DNA of 64,000 bases, from contig CAIYYI010000096.1 in NCBI GenBank assembly GCA_903930345.1, positions 6,407-70,406 on the forward strand, read 5' to 3'. Under the pieces are notes generated by a model. It was not told the DNA's origin. It saw nothing but the letters and a program-made list of their open reading frames with translations, and ran no database searches. This document shows, piece after piece, positions 35,129 through 43,541 of this stretch (position 1 is the stretch's first letter; the number at the start of each line of letters is the position of its first letter). The DNA is from an uncultured Verrucomicrobiota bacterium (GTDB lineage: Bacteria > Verrucomicrobiota > Verrucomicrobiia > Limisphaerales > CAIYYI01). The translations under genes and the position numbers were made by a program.

Positions 35129-37648
35129 ATGTGCTCCATCTCGAATCTCGCCGGACGCCTCGTGCTGACGCTGGCGGTTGCTGTGGCCGGTCGTTCCCTG
35201 GCCGCCGCTCCTGCCGCCCCGGTCCCGAATCGCGCCCCTTTGCAGGCCACCCCCTTCATCCCTCTGCCGCTGGGCAGCCTGAAGGCCGAAGGCTGGTTGC
35301 TCCTCCAGTTGGAGCGTCAGCGGGATGGCTTGACCGGCCATGCGGAGGAGGCCATTCCCGAGTTGGACACCCAGAGCGCCTGGCTGGGCGGACGCGGCGA
35401 GAATTGGGAAAAAGGCCCCTACTACCTGAAGGGTCTCGTGCCGCTCGCTTACCAGCTCGGCGACGCCACCCTCCAGGACCGCGCCCGGAAGTGGCTGGAG
35501 TGGTCCCTGCAAAACCAGCGCGCCGATGGCTTTTACGGCCCCACCAACAACCCCGACTGGTGGCCTCGCATGGTCATGAACTACGTCCTGCGCGACTATC
35601 ACGAGGCCACCGGCGATCAGCGGGTTATCGGCTTCCTCACGCGCTATTACCGGTATGCCCTGGCCCAACTGCCCGCCCATCCGCTCCGGGATTGGGGCAA
35701 GGCCCGGGCCGGGGATGAGATCGACACCATCCTCTGGCTTTATAATCGCACCGGGGATGCCTCCCTGTTGCCGTTGGTCGATCTTCTGGCCAAACAGGCC
35801 TACGATTGGCCGGGCATTTTCCGGGAAAACCGGTTCCAGCATTTTGGCAATGACTTCCATCCCAAGCACAATGTGAACATCCCGCAGGCCATGAAGTTTC
35901 CCCCGGTCTATTGGCAGCGCTCCGGCCAGGCGGACCTCCGCTCGGCCATCTACCAGGGGCAGCGGCACCTGCTGCGTGATCACGGCCTCTCCCTCGGGCT
36001 CCAGTCCGGCACGGAGTTCCTCTCCGGGATCAGCTCTGGCCAGGGCGTGGAATTCTGCTCCATCGTCGAGCAGATGCTCAGCGATGAGACCAACCTGCGC
36101 ATCCTTGGCGACGCTCCCCTCGGCGACCAGTTGGAGTTCCAGGCCTTTAACGCCCTGCCGGCCGCCTGGTCCCGCGACCTGCGCGGTTTCCAGTACTACA
36201 CCCTGCCCAACCAGGTCATCGGCCTGCGCGGACCCAACGGCTACCTGCAGGATTACGGTGATGCCCTGACCCCCGGGCCCCATTCCGGCTGCCATTGCTG
36301 CTGTTACAACGTCCACATGGGCTGGCCCAAATTCCTCCAGAACTGCTGGGCCGCCACCCCGGATCAGGGGCTCGCGGCCCTGGCCTACGCGCCGGTCACC
36401 CTGCGCGCCCGGGCCGGCGGCAGCCCCGTGGCGGTCACCGTGGAAACCGGCTATCCGTTCCAGGAAACCATCCGCATCCGGGTCCGGCCCGACCGCCCGG
36501 GCCGCTTCCCCCTCAAATTGCGCATCCCCGGCTGGTGTGAGCACCCGGAGGTGGCGGTCAATGGCCGCGCTGTCAAGGGCGCCGTGGCTGGCACCTTCTT
36601 CACCGTGGATCGCGCCTGGGCGGCGGGGGATGAGGTTCGCTTGCGCTTCCCCATGGCGGTCTCCGTTTTGGCTGGTGTCAACAACTCCCGCCATGTCCGT
36701 CTGGGGCCCCTCTTGTTCACCCTGCCGGTCAAGGCGGAGCTGAAGGTCTCCACCACCGAAAAAAGCGGCTTTCATGAGTATGAGATGACTCCCCAGAGCC
36801 CCTGGAATTACGCCCTCGCCCTCTCCGCCAAACAGCCCGCCAATGACATCAAGGTGCAACGCTCGGGCAACAGTGACGATCCCTTCCAGAAACCCTCGGT
36901 GGCGTTGAGCGTGCCCGCCCGGCGTTTGCCAGAATGGACACTGGCCTGGCACGGACGCCTGGCCTTCGATCCTCCCCTCAGCCCGGTGGTCACTGCGGAG
37001 AAGCTTGAGACCGTTACCCTGCTTCCCTTCGGCTCCCAGGGCTTGCGCGTGACCGACCTGCCGTGGGTCGGCCAGCCAGCTCCGGTCGCCACCCGGTTCG
37101 TGGATGACTTTTCCGACGGCGATTCCCTGGGCTGGGTCACCTACGGCGGGGGATGGCTGGTCAGGGATGGCCGGCTGCACAGTGCATCCAGTGCCAGCGG
37201 CGGTCCTTGGGCGGGCCTCAAGGCCGTCGCCACCGCCACCCATTTCAGCGACCTCACTTTCGAGGCGGAGGTGCGTCCAGCGGTGGCCGGGAATTCCGGT
37301 CTGATCTTCCGGGTGCAAAAACCAAGTCCCGGCGCGGATGCCTTCCAGGGTTACTACGTGGGTCTCGACCCGCGTAGCGGCCGCCTGCAATTGGGCAGCA
37401 CCGATGGCAAATCCTTCCGCTCCTTGGGCGATGCGCTCGTTGGCTACACCGTCGGCGAGTCCGTGACCATCAGGGTCGTGGCAAAAGGCCCGCTCCTCCG
37501 GGTGTTTGCCGGTAACAGCCCGACCCCGCAGATCAGCGTTACCGATGCCACGTGGCAATCCGGCGCGGTGGGCGTGCGCGTCTATTGCACCGACCACGAC
37601 AAAACCGCAGCGGATTTCGGCAACATCAAGGCTGAGGCCCTTCCCTGA
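35129..37648 (+). CDS. Exported GH127/GH146-like (DUF1680) glycoside hydrolase with C-terminal DUF1080/LamG-like domain
   Basis: ATG 35129 (MCSISNLAGRLVLTLAVAVAGRSLAAAPA). ENWEKGPYYLKGLVPLAYQLGD, VEFCSIVEQML (E-x-C) and HSGCHCCCYNVHMGWPKF (C-C-C) fit the family. The C-terminal ~185 aa from ~37097 (FVDDFSDGDSLGWVTYGGGWLVRDGRL...NSGLIFRV...FQGYYVGLD) is concanavalin/DUF1080-like. Confidence 0.75.
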   Translation: MCSISNLAGRLVLTLAVAVAGRSLAAAPAAPVPNRAPLQATPFIPLPLGSLKAEGWLLLQLERQRDGLTGHAEEAIPELDTQSAWLGGRGENWEKGPYYLKGLVPLAYQLGDATLQDRARKWLEWSLQNQRADGFYGPTNNPDWWPRMVMNYVLRDYHEATGDQRVIGFLTRYYRYALAQLPAHPLRDWGKARAGDEIDTILWLYNRTGDASLLPLVDLLAKQAYDWPGIFRENRFQHFGNDFHPKHNVNIPQAMKFPPVYWQRSGQADLRSAIYQGQRHLLRDHGLSLGLQSGTEFLSGISSGQGVEFCSIVEQMLSDETNLRILGDAPLGDQLEFQAFNALPAAWSRDLRGFQYYTLPNQVIGLRGPNGYLQDYGDALTPGPHSGCHCCCYNVHMGWPKFLQNCWAATPDQGLAALAYAPVTLRARAGGSPVAVTVETGYPFQETIRIRVRPDRPGRFPLKLRIPGWCEHPEVAVNGRAVKGAVAGTFFTVDRAWAAGDEVRLRFPMAVSVLAGVNNSRHVRLGPLLFTLPVKAELKVSTTEKSGFHEYEMTPQSPWNYALALSAKQPANDIKVQRSGNSDDPFQKPSVALSVPARRLPEWTLAWHGRLAFDPPLSPVVTAEKLETVTLLPFGSQGLRVTDLPWVGQPAPVATRFVDDFSDGDSLGWVTYGGGWLVRDGRLHSASSASGGPWAGLKAVATATHFSDLTFEAEVRPAVAGNSGLIFRVQKPSPGADAFQGYYVGLDPRSGRLQLGSTDGKSFRSLGDALVGYTVGESVTIRVVAKGPLLRVFAGNSPTPQISVTDATWQSGAVGVRVYCTDHDKTAADFGNIKAEALP

Positions 37649-37756
37649 TCCTGAGCATGTTTCGCTGTGTGGCCTAGGTTGCCACCATGGATCACGTTGG
37701 CCCTTTGTTTGATGACGAAACCGGGCTCTGCGCGCATCCTGCACAAAACAACAACC

Positions 37757-38122
37757 ATGACTTCCAGAGCCACCACCATCAGCGAATACTTGGAGGAACT
37801 TCCGCCTGACCGGCGGGCCGCCTTGAGCGAGTTGCGCACCCTTATCCACCGGGTTGCTCCGAATACGGTGGAGGCCATGAAATACGGGCTGCCGTCGTTC
37901 GGCGAGCTTTGCGCGTTGGCTTCGCAGAAGAATTACCTGTCACTTTATGTTTGCGAAACAGATCTCGTGAAGGCTCACCTCGCACAGTTGGGGAAAGTGA
38001 GCTGCGGCAAGGGTTGCATCCGTTTCAAACGCATCGCCGATCTGAATTTGGGTGTGGTCGAGATCCTCCTGCGAGAGATCCTGAAGCTGCGACAGCAGGG
38101 CATCGGGCCAAGCTGTCGATAA
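37757..38122 (+). CDS. DUF1801 (YdhG-like) domain protein
   Basis: ATG 37757. MTSRATTISEYLEELPPDRRAALSELRTLIHRVAPNTVEAMKYGLPSF...YLSLYV is the typical DUF1801 pattern. 121 aa. Confidence 0.6.
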   Translation: MTSRATTISEYLEELPPDRRAALSELRTLIHRVAPNTVEAMKYGLPSFGELCALASQKNYLSLYVCETDLVKAHLAQLGKVSCGKGCIRFKRIADLNLGVVEILLREILKLRQQGIGPSCR

Positions 38123-38214
38123 TGCCATACTTCGTTCCCTTGGTTGCCTTCGGTCGAATTGAAAGCGCAGAGACGCCGCTTGCCTTTACCCCGCGACTCG
38201 TGCTAACGACGCAC

Positions 38215-40236
38215 ATGCTTAAGCTGGCGGGACCGGGACTGGACGAGCCCCTCACCACCCTGACCGGGGTGGGGGAGGCGCGCGCCGCGCTCCTGGAGCG
38301 GCTGGGGCTGCGCACGGTGGGGGATCTGCTGCTGCATGCCCCCCGGCGTTATGAGGATCGCACCCACAAAAAGGCGATCCACGATCTGGTGTTGCAGGAG
38401 ACCACAGCTGTGCAGGGGGTGATCCAGGCGATGGGAGTCAAGTCCTGGCGGCAGGGGACGGGCAACCTCTTCGAGATCATCCTTTCGGATGGTCAGGATC
38501 GCCTGCATTGCCGCTGGTGGAACCAGCCTTACCTGGAAAAGCAGTTTGCCGTCAGCCAGTCCTTGCTGGTGTACGGACGGATCAGCAGCGTACGCCCCCG
38601 CACGATGGACAATCCGGAATTCGAGCCGCTGGAGGAGGCGGAAGCCCAGATTCACCTTGGCCGGGTGGTCCCCGTTTATCCGCTCACCGAGGGGATTCGG
38701 CAGCGCTGGCTGCGCAGCCTGATCTGGCATGCGCTGGCGGACCATGCGGGAAGCATCGAAAGCTCCTGGGGCGATTTGCGCCGTCAGGCCGAGGCGGTCA
38801 CCGGTAAACCGATGCCCGTATCCGGGGCGCTGCTGGCCGTGCTACCGGACCGGCGGGAGGCAATCCGCCAACTCCATTTTCCCGCGACGCTGGCGGCCGC
38901 CACCACCGCCCGGCAGCGGCTGGCGCTGGAGGAGCTGCTGGACTTGCAGGTGGAACTGCGGCGGCGGCGCCAGCGGCTGGTGGCGGGCGCACCGGGCCGG
39001 GCCTGCCCCAGTGATAACCGGCTGATCAAACCTTTCCTGGCCCGTCTCGGCTTCAAACCCACGGCGGCCCAGGTGCGGGTGCTGCGGGAGATCCGCGCCG
39101 ATCTTTCCCATGCGGTGCCCATGCGGCGGCTGTTGCAGGGGGACGTGGGGGCGGGCAAAACCCTGGTGGCCGCCTGCGCCGCGCTCATGACCATCGAAGC
39201 CGGGGTGTCGGTTGTCATCATGGCACCGACAGAAATCCTGGCCGAGCAGCATTTCCGCACCTTTGAACGCTGGTTTCAGCCCCTGGGAGTGCCGGTGGAA
39301 TTGCGCACCGCCAGCCGCCGGGTGGAGGCCGACGTTCCGGCGCAGGAACCGCGGCTGAGGGTGGGCACCCATGCCCTGCTCAGTGCCGGGGCCGCGCCGG
39401 ATAATCTCGGCCTGGTGGTGATTGATGAGCAGCATAAATTCGGCGTGGCCCAGCGGGAGGCGCTGGTGCGCCAGGGCGTTTATCCGCACCTGCTGGTCAT
39501 GACCGCCACGCCCATCCCCCGCACCCTCGGGCTCACGGTCTATGGGGATCTGGATGTCTCGGTGCTGGATGAACTGCCGCCCGGGCGCGGGGTGATCCGG
39601 ACGTTTGTGCGCGGGCCGGAGAAGCTGCCGCAGGTCTGGCAGTTCATCCGCGAAAAATTGCAGGCCGGCCGGCAGGCCTATGTGGTTTACCCGCGTTTGG
39701 AGGAGTCGGACACGGCGGCCAGCATCAAGGCGGCTGCCGAGGAACTGGGGGTGGTGAGCCAGGCCATGGCTCCTTTTCAGGTCCGGCTGTTGCATGGCCG
39801 CCTGCCGGCGGAGGAGAAGGAGCGGATCATGCGGGAGTTTGCCGCCAACCAGGTGCAGGTGCTGGTGGCCACCTCCGTGGTGGAGGTGGGTCTGGATGTT
39901 CCCAACGCCTGCGTGCTCCTGGTGGATGGGGCGGAGCGGTTCGGACTGGCCCAGTTGCACCAGTTGCGCGGGCGCATCGGCCGCGGCGGACACTCCTCCT
40001 GGTGCGTGCTGCTGGCCCGCCAAATGACCGTGGAAGCCCGCCACCGCCTGCGCGTGCTGGAGGAGACCGCCGATGGCTTCCGCATCGCGGAGGAAGACTT
40101 GCGCCTGCGCGGTCCCGGGGAATTGTTGGGGCAGGCCCAAAGCGGACTGCCGCCCTTCCGCTTTGCGGAATTGAAAACCGACCATGACCTGGTGGTGCTG
40201 GCGGCCTGGCTGGCCACGCACGCGCTCCAACCTTAA
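38215..40236 (+). CDS. recG: ATP-dependent DNA helicase RecG
   Basis: Start moved to ATG 38215 (MLKLAGPGLDEPLTTLTGVGEARAALLERLGLRTVGDLLLHAPRRYEDRT, as in RecG N-termini). Contains the wedge domain, Walker A GDVGAGKT, DEQHKFG, and the TATPIPRT and QLRGRIGRG motifs. 673 aa. Confidence 0.95.
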   Translation: MLKLAGPGLDEPLTTLTGVGEARAALLERLGLRTVGDLLLHAPRRYEDRTHKKAIHDLVLQETTAVQGVIQAMGVKSWRQGTGNLFEIILSDGQDRLHCRWWNQPYLEKQFAVSQSLLVYGRISSVRPRTMDNPEFEPLEEAEAQIHLGRVVPVYPLTEGIRQRWLRSLIWHALADHAGSIESSWGDLRRQAEAVTGKPMPVSGALLAVLPDRREAIRQLHFPATLAAATTARQRLALEELLDLQVELRRRRQRLVAGAPGRACPSDNRLIKPFLARLGFKPTAAQVRVLREIRADLSHAVPMRRLLQGDVGAGKTLVAACAALMTIEAGVSVVIMAPTEILAEQHFRTFERWFQPLGVPVELRTASRRVEADVPAQEPRLRVGTHALLSAGAAPDNLGLVVIDEQHKFGVAQREALVRQGVYPHLLVMTATPIPRTLGLTVYGDLDVSVLDELPPGRGVIRTFVRGPEKLPQVWQFIREKLQAGRQAYVVYPRLEESDTAASIKAAAEELGVVSQAMAPFQVRLLHGRLPAEEKERIMREFAANQVQVLVATSVVEVGLDVPNACVLLVDGAERFGLAQLHQLRGRIGRGGHSSWCVLLARQMTVEARHRLRVLEETADGFRIAEEDLRLRGPGELLGQAQSGLPPFRFAELKTDHDLVVLAAWLATHALQP

Positions 40237-41171
40237 TGCAGGATTTCCCCCTTGAGGGGGTTGCCCGGCACATCCAGCAGGAGGATGCTGGAGATGGTGC
40301 GGAAATGCTGGTGATCGGCAAAGGTCCAAACCACCTGTTTGTCCCGGGTGACCTCGATCACATGCGGGGCCTTGCCAAACTGCCCATGCCCCAGCCAGTT
40401 GCTCATGACCGTGTTGCCGTTGGGCAGCCGCTGAAAGCCGGTCATGAATTTGAAACTGATACCGGGAAGATCCTTATCTGCCACCTGCCACGCCACGGCC
40501 CCCTGGGGATCGGCTTCAAAGACCCGGGAACCACCGGGCCGGTCGCCGCAGGCGATGAGGGTGTTGCCGTTGGCCAGTCGAATGGCGCTATGAGGGCCGC
40601 CCTTGGCCTCAATTTCACGCACCGTTTTGCCCTGCGGATCGTATTCCCGCACCCATTGCTCGCCGTAATGGCACACCAGGTAATTGCCGTTGGCCAGTCG
40701 TCGGGCGTTGCGAATATAAGAGTGTCCGCCATCCTTGCCTTCCGGCAGCAGCCGGATTTCGGCGGCCAGGGTCAGATCGGGCCGCACCTCCAGCAGTCGT
40801 CCACTATTGCATTCCCCGATGAAGGTGTTGCCATTGGCCAGCCGCTGGCAGGCGTAGATTTCGCTCTTGGAATCGTACTGGAAAACCACCTTTTTCTCCC
40901 GCGTCACCTCCTTGACGCCGTGGCCGGTGTTGAAGAGCAGGTTGCTGCCTGCCAGAACCCACAGGTCATTGCAGGAGGCGGCGGGGTAATCCCATTCAAT
41001 CTGCCCCTCCTTGTTCACGATGAACACCTTCCCCTGGGTGTAATCAGTGGCCACAAACGGGTGGCCAGTGCCGGTTTGCACGGGGGCAGGGGTGGGTTCC
41101 GCAGCGCGGAGCAGGGGAGCGGCGAGAGCGGCAGCCGAGAGGCGGCCGATAAAGGATCGACGTGATTGCAT
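40233..41171 (-). CDS. Tat-exported beta-propeller protein (repeated RLANGNT motif)
   Basis: ATG 41171: MQSRRSFIGRLSAAALAAPLLRAAEP, a twin-arginine signal. Repeats follow about every 45-50 aa (RLANGNTFIGECN, RLANGNYLVCHYG, RLANGNTLIACGD, RLPNGNTVMSNW). The stop overlaps the recG stop (TTAA at 40233-40236). Confidence 0.7.
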   Translation of the reverse strand: MQSRRSFIGRLSAAALAAPLLRAAEPTPAPVQTGTGHPFVATDYTQGKVFIVNKEGQIEWDYPAASCNDLWVLAGSNLLFNTGHGVKEVTREKKVVFQYDSKSEIYACQRLANGNTFIGECNSGRLLEVRPDLTLAAEIRLLPEGKDGGHSYIRNARRLANGNYLVCHYGEQWVREYDPQGKTVREIEAKGGPHSAIRLANGNTLIACGDRPGGSRVFEADPQGAVAWQVADKDLPGISFKFMTGFQRLPNGNTVMSNWLGHGQFGKAPHVIEVTRDKQVVWTFADHQHFRTISSILLLDVPGNPLKGEILH

Positions 41172-41231
41172 GGTTTTAAGAGGGGCGGACAAGCAGGAGC
41201 TTGTCCGCCCATGAAAGGCGGGTCGCAGGTG

Positions 41232-42272
41232 TTACTTGCCCAGCAGATGTTCGATGACCAATTGATCCAGTGCCTGGTAATTGCGGTCCTTGACCAGGGC
41301 TTGAGCCTGTTTGTCATCAAAGCTGCGCGCTTTTTCCAGCAGCCGCAGGAAGGTCTGGCGGCTGTTGACCAAGTGATCCATCCAGTGGTTGGGCTGGGTG
41401 GGGCGGAACGGATGCACATCAAAGCAGACGTACTCGCCATGCCGTCCGTAGCCGGTTCGCTCCAACGTGCGCACCTGGTTGAAGGCAATGCGCAGATTGT
41501 TGCTGCCAAAAGGTTTGTCCTGGTCGAACTTCATTCCGTTCTGGTCGTTCAGGTGCAGCGACCACAGCTTGTCAAAGGCCATCGCAAAATCAATCTCATC
41601 CGCCGGATCCAGACCGGCCAGGAGGGCGTGGGCGGACTCAATCAGGCAGCCGACCCGTTTGGGATCGCGCGTGAGCTGGGCCACGGCCAAGGCATGGCCG
41701 ATGGTGGGCAGATAGGCGTGGTCCATCGGCTCGTTCGGCTTCGGTTCAATCGCCAGCCTGATCTTTTTATCGTACCCGAGCATTTTGTCCATGGCTTCCA
41801 CCAGGTAATCAACGCAGCGTCGGGCGTCCTTGGATTCCCGGATGTAGGTGCCCTCGCGCGCCAGCCAGAGGACGATAAGATCGGTGTCCATGGCCCGGGC
41901 GATGTCAATGCAGCGCAGGGAACGCTCAATGGCGTATTTGCGGCACTTGGGGTCGTTGTTGGTGTAGGCACCATCTATGGTATGCGGACTGAACCAGAGC
42001 CGGGGAGCCACCATTTCGGCAGCCACGCCGGCGTCTTTCAACCGTTTGCTCAACGATTTGGCTTCCTTGACCAGTTGCGCGGAACTTTTGCTGTCAATGT
42101 CCGGCACGGCGTCATCATCGTGGAACATCATGGCCTCAAAGCCGTGTTCCCGCAGTTGATCCAGTTTCCAGTCAAAGGATTGCACCGGGCGGGTGGGCGG
42201 GCCGTAAGGGTCGGCGCCTTCGCTCAGGTTCCACGGACCAAAACAGAATTTATAAGAGTGTGGTTTTGCCAT
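41232..42272 (-). CDS. xylA: Xylose isomerase, class I (actinobacterial-type) homologue
   Basis: KFCFGPWNLSEGADPYGPPTRP, MMFHDDDAVP, LAIEPKPNEPMDHAYLPTIGHALA and SLHLNDQNGMKFDQDKPFG are colinear with Streptomyces XylA motifs (FTFGLWTVG, FHDDD, EPKPNEP, DLNGQNG). The start is ambiguous: ATG 42272, or TTG 42344, which would add a signal-like 24 aa. Confidence 0.75.
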   Translation of the reverse strand: MAKPHSYKFCFGPWNLSEGADPYGPPTRPVQSFDWKLDQLREHGFEAMMFHDDDAVPDIDSKSSAQLVKEAKSLSKRLKDAGVAAEMVAPRLWFSPHTIDGAYTNNDPKCRKYAIERSLRCIDIARAMDTDLIVLWLAREGTYIRESKDARRCVDYLVEAMDKMLGYDKKIRLAIEPKPNEPMDHAYLPTIGHALAVAQLTRDPKRVGCLIESAHALLAGLDPADEIDFAMAFDKLWSLHLNDQNGMKFDQDKPFGSNNLRIAFNQVRTLERTGYGRHGEYVCFDVHPFRPTQPNHWMDHLVNSRQTFLRLLEKARSFDDKQAQALVKDRNYQALDQLVIEHLLGK

Positions 42273-42394
42273 AGGTGACGCGACCACCGTGCCACAGATT
42301 GCCGGGACTGCAAAGGCAAAAAGAAAATGCAATTTCCGGCGCAAATTGCTTGGGGTGCATTGGCTTTCGTGGTAATTTCCCGGTCGAACGACTT

Positions 42395-43471
42395 ATGGAT
42401 CAATTGCTTCGACTTGTTCAGAGCGGCACATCACTCGGTCTCACGCAGGCGGAGGAGGCGGTTCGTAAACTGTTGGATGAGCGGGTGCCGGTGGCGATGC
42501 GGGCGGAGTTTCTAATTGCCCTGGCGCGCAAAGGGGAGACGGTGGAGGAGATCACCGCGTTTGCGACGCTGCTGCGCGATAAGGCCGTGGTACCGCCATT
42601 GGCAGAAACCACCCGGCAAGGGATCATTCTGGATGTATGCGGCACCGGGGGGGACCGCTTGCACACGTTCAACATTTCCACCACCGTGTCCATCGTGGCG
42701 GCGGCGGCGGGCATCACGGTGGCCAAGCATGGCAACCGCGCCATCACCTCCAAATCCGGCAGCGCGGATGTGCTCGTTGCCCTGGGCATCAAAACCGACC
42801 CCTCGCCCGAGTTGGCCGCCCGCTGGCTGGCGGAGCATGGTTTTGCATTCCTGTTTGCCCCGCTCTACCACCCGGCCTTCAAGGCGATCGCCCCGGTGCG
42901 CAAGCTGTGCGCGGAGCGCGGCCACCGCACCATTTTCAATTTTCTGGGCCCGTTGCTCAACCCGGCCCGGCCGACGTGCCAGTTGATCGGTTCGGCCAGT
43001 CCGGCCCTCTGCGAACCCCTGGCGCAGGTGCTGCGTGGGCTGGGCTTGCGGCGCGGCATGGTCGTTTGTGGCACCGTGCCCAATGCCCTGCACCCGGATG
43101 AACCGCAGTTTCTGGATGAGTTTTCCCCGTTGGGCAAAACCCGGGTGGCGGAGTTTTACCAGGACCGGGGCTTTGCCTTGAGCGACCTGGATCCGGCCCT
43201 GTTTCCCCTCTCGCCCATGACGCTGGCCGATTTGCAGGGGGGGGATGCCGCCTGCAACGCGGAGATGGTTTGGCAAATTCTGGCTGGAAACGACCGGGGT
43301 CCCCGGCGGGAGACCGTGCTGCTGAACGCGGCGGGCGCTTTGCTGGTTGCCGGCACGGTGCGTTCGCTCCTGGATGGCTGGGAACTGGCGGGCGAACTGA
43401 TTGACAGCGGCAAAGCCACCGCCAAACTGGCCGCCTTGGTGGCCGCCTCGCAGGCGGCCGGGGCGGACTGA
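42395..43471 (+). CDS. trpD: Anthranilate phosphoribosyltransferase
   Basis: ATG 42395. ...ILDVCGTGGDRLHTFNISTTVSIVAAAAGITVAKHGNRAITSKSGSADVL...FAPLYHPAFK...RTIFNFLGPLLNPA. 358 aa, with canonical TrpD motifs. Confidence 0.95.
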   Translation: MDQLLRLVQSGTSLGLTQAEEAVRKLLDERVPVAMRAEFLIALARKGETVEEITAFATLLRDKAVVPPLAETTRQGIILDVCGTGGDRLHTFNISTTVSIVAAAAGITVAKHGNRAITSKSGSADVLVALGIKTDPSPELAARWLAEHGFAFLFAPLYHPAFKAIAPVRKLCAERGHRTIFNFLGPLLNPARPTCQLIGSASPALCEPLAQVLRGLGLRRGMVVCGTVPNALHPDEPQFLDEFSPLGKTRVAEFYQDRGFALSDLDPALFPLSPMTLADLQGGDAACNAEMVWQILAGNDRGPRRETVLLNAAGALLVAGTVRSLLDGWELAGELIDSGKATAKLAALVAASQAAGAD

Positions 43472-43541
43472 GTTTTTTTGTAACTGAATCATCCCGCCCG
43501 GTGTTTAGGACACAGTGGCGGGCGGCATCATTGGAGTCACT

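Noticed and set aside
35114-37849. 911-aa ORF on the minus strand, plus similar long ORFs opposite real genes: 13965..15632(-), 10404..11681(-), 7692..8471(-), 16330..17856(-), 20636..22468(+), 22778..23707(+), 29597..30781(-), 30806..32149(-), 33377..34564(-), 38842..40329(-), 48559..50565(-), 53250..54254(-), 55658..58369(+), 58376..59239(+), 59276..60079(+), 60266..61363(-), 61721..62896(+).
   Set aside because: Each lies antisense to, or out of frame with, a gene that has clear homology. Their translations are low-complexity and rich in R/G/P/Q/H, the mirror image of Leu/Ala/Gly codons. They have no recognisable motifs. Long shadow ORFs are expected in high-GC DNA.
40236-42278. Plus-strand ORFs 40236..41165 (309 aa) and 41166..42278 (370 aa), mirroring the beta-propeller and xylose-isomerase genes.
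   Set aside because: The minus-strand products have a Tat signal with repeats and near full-length XylA motifs respectively. The plus-strand translations are featureless.
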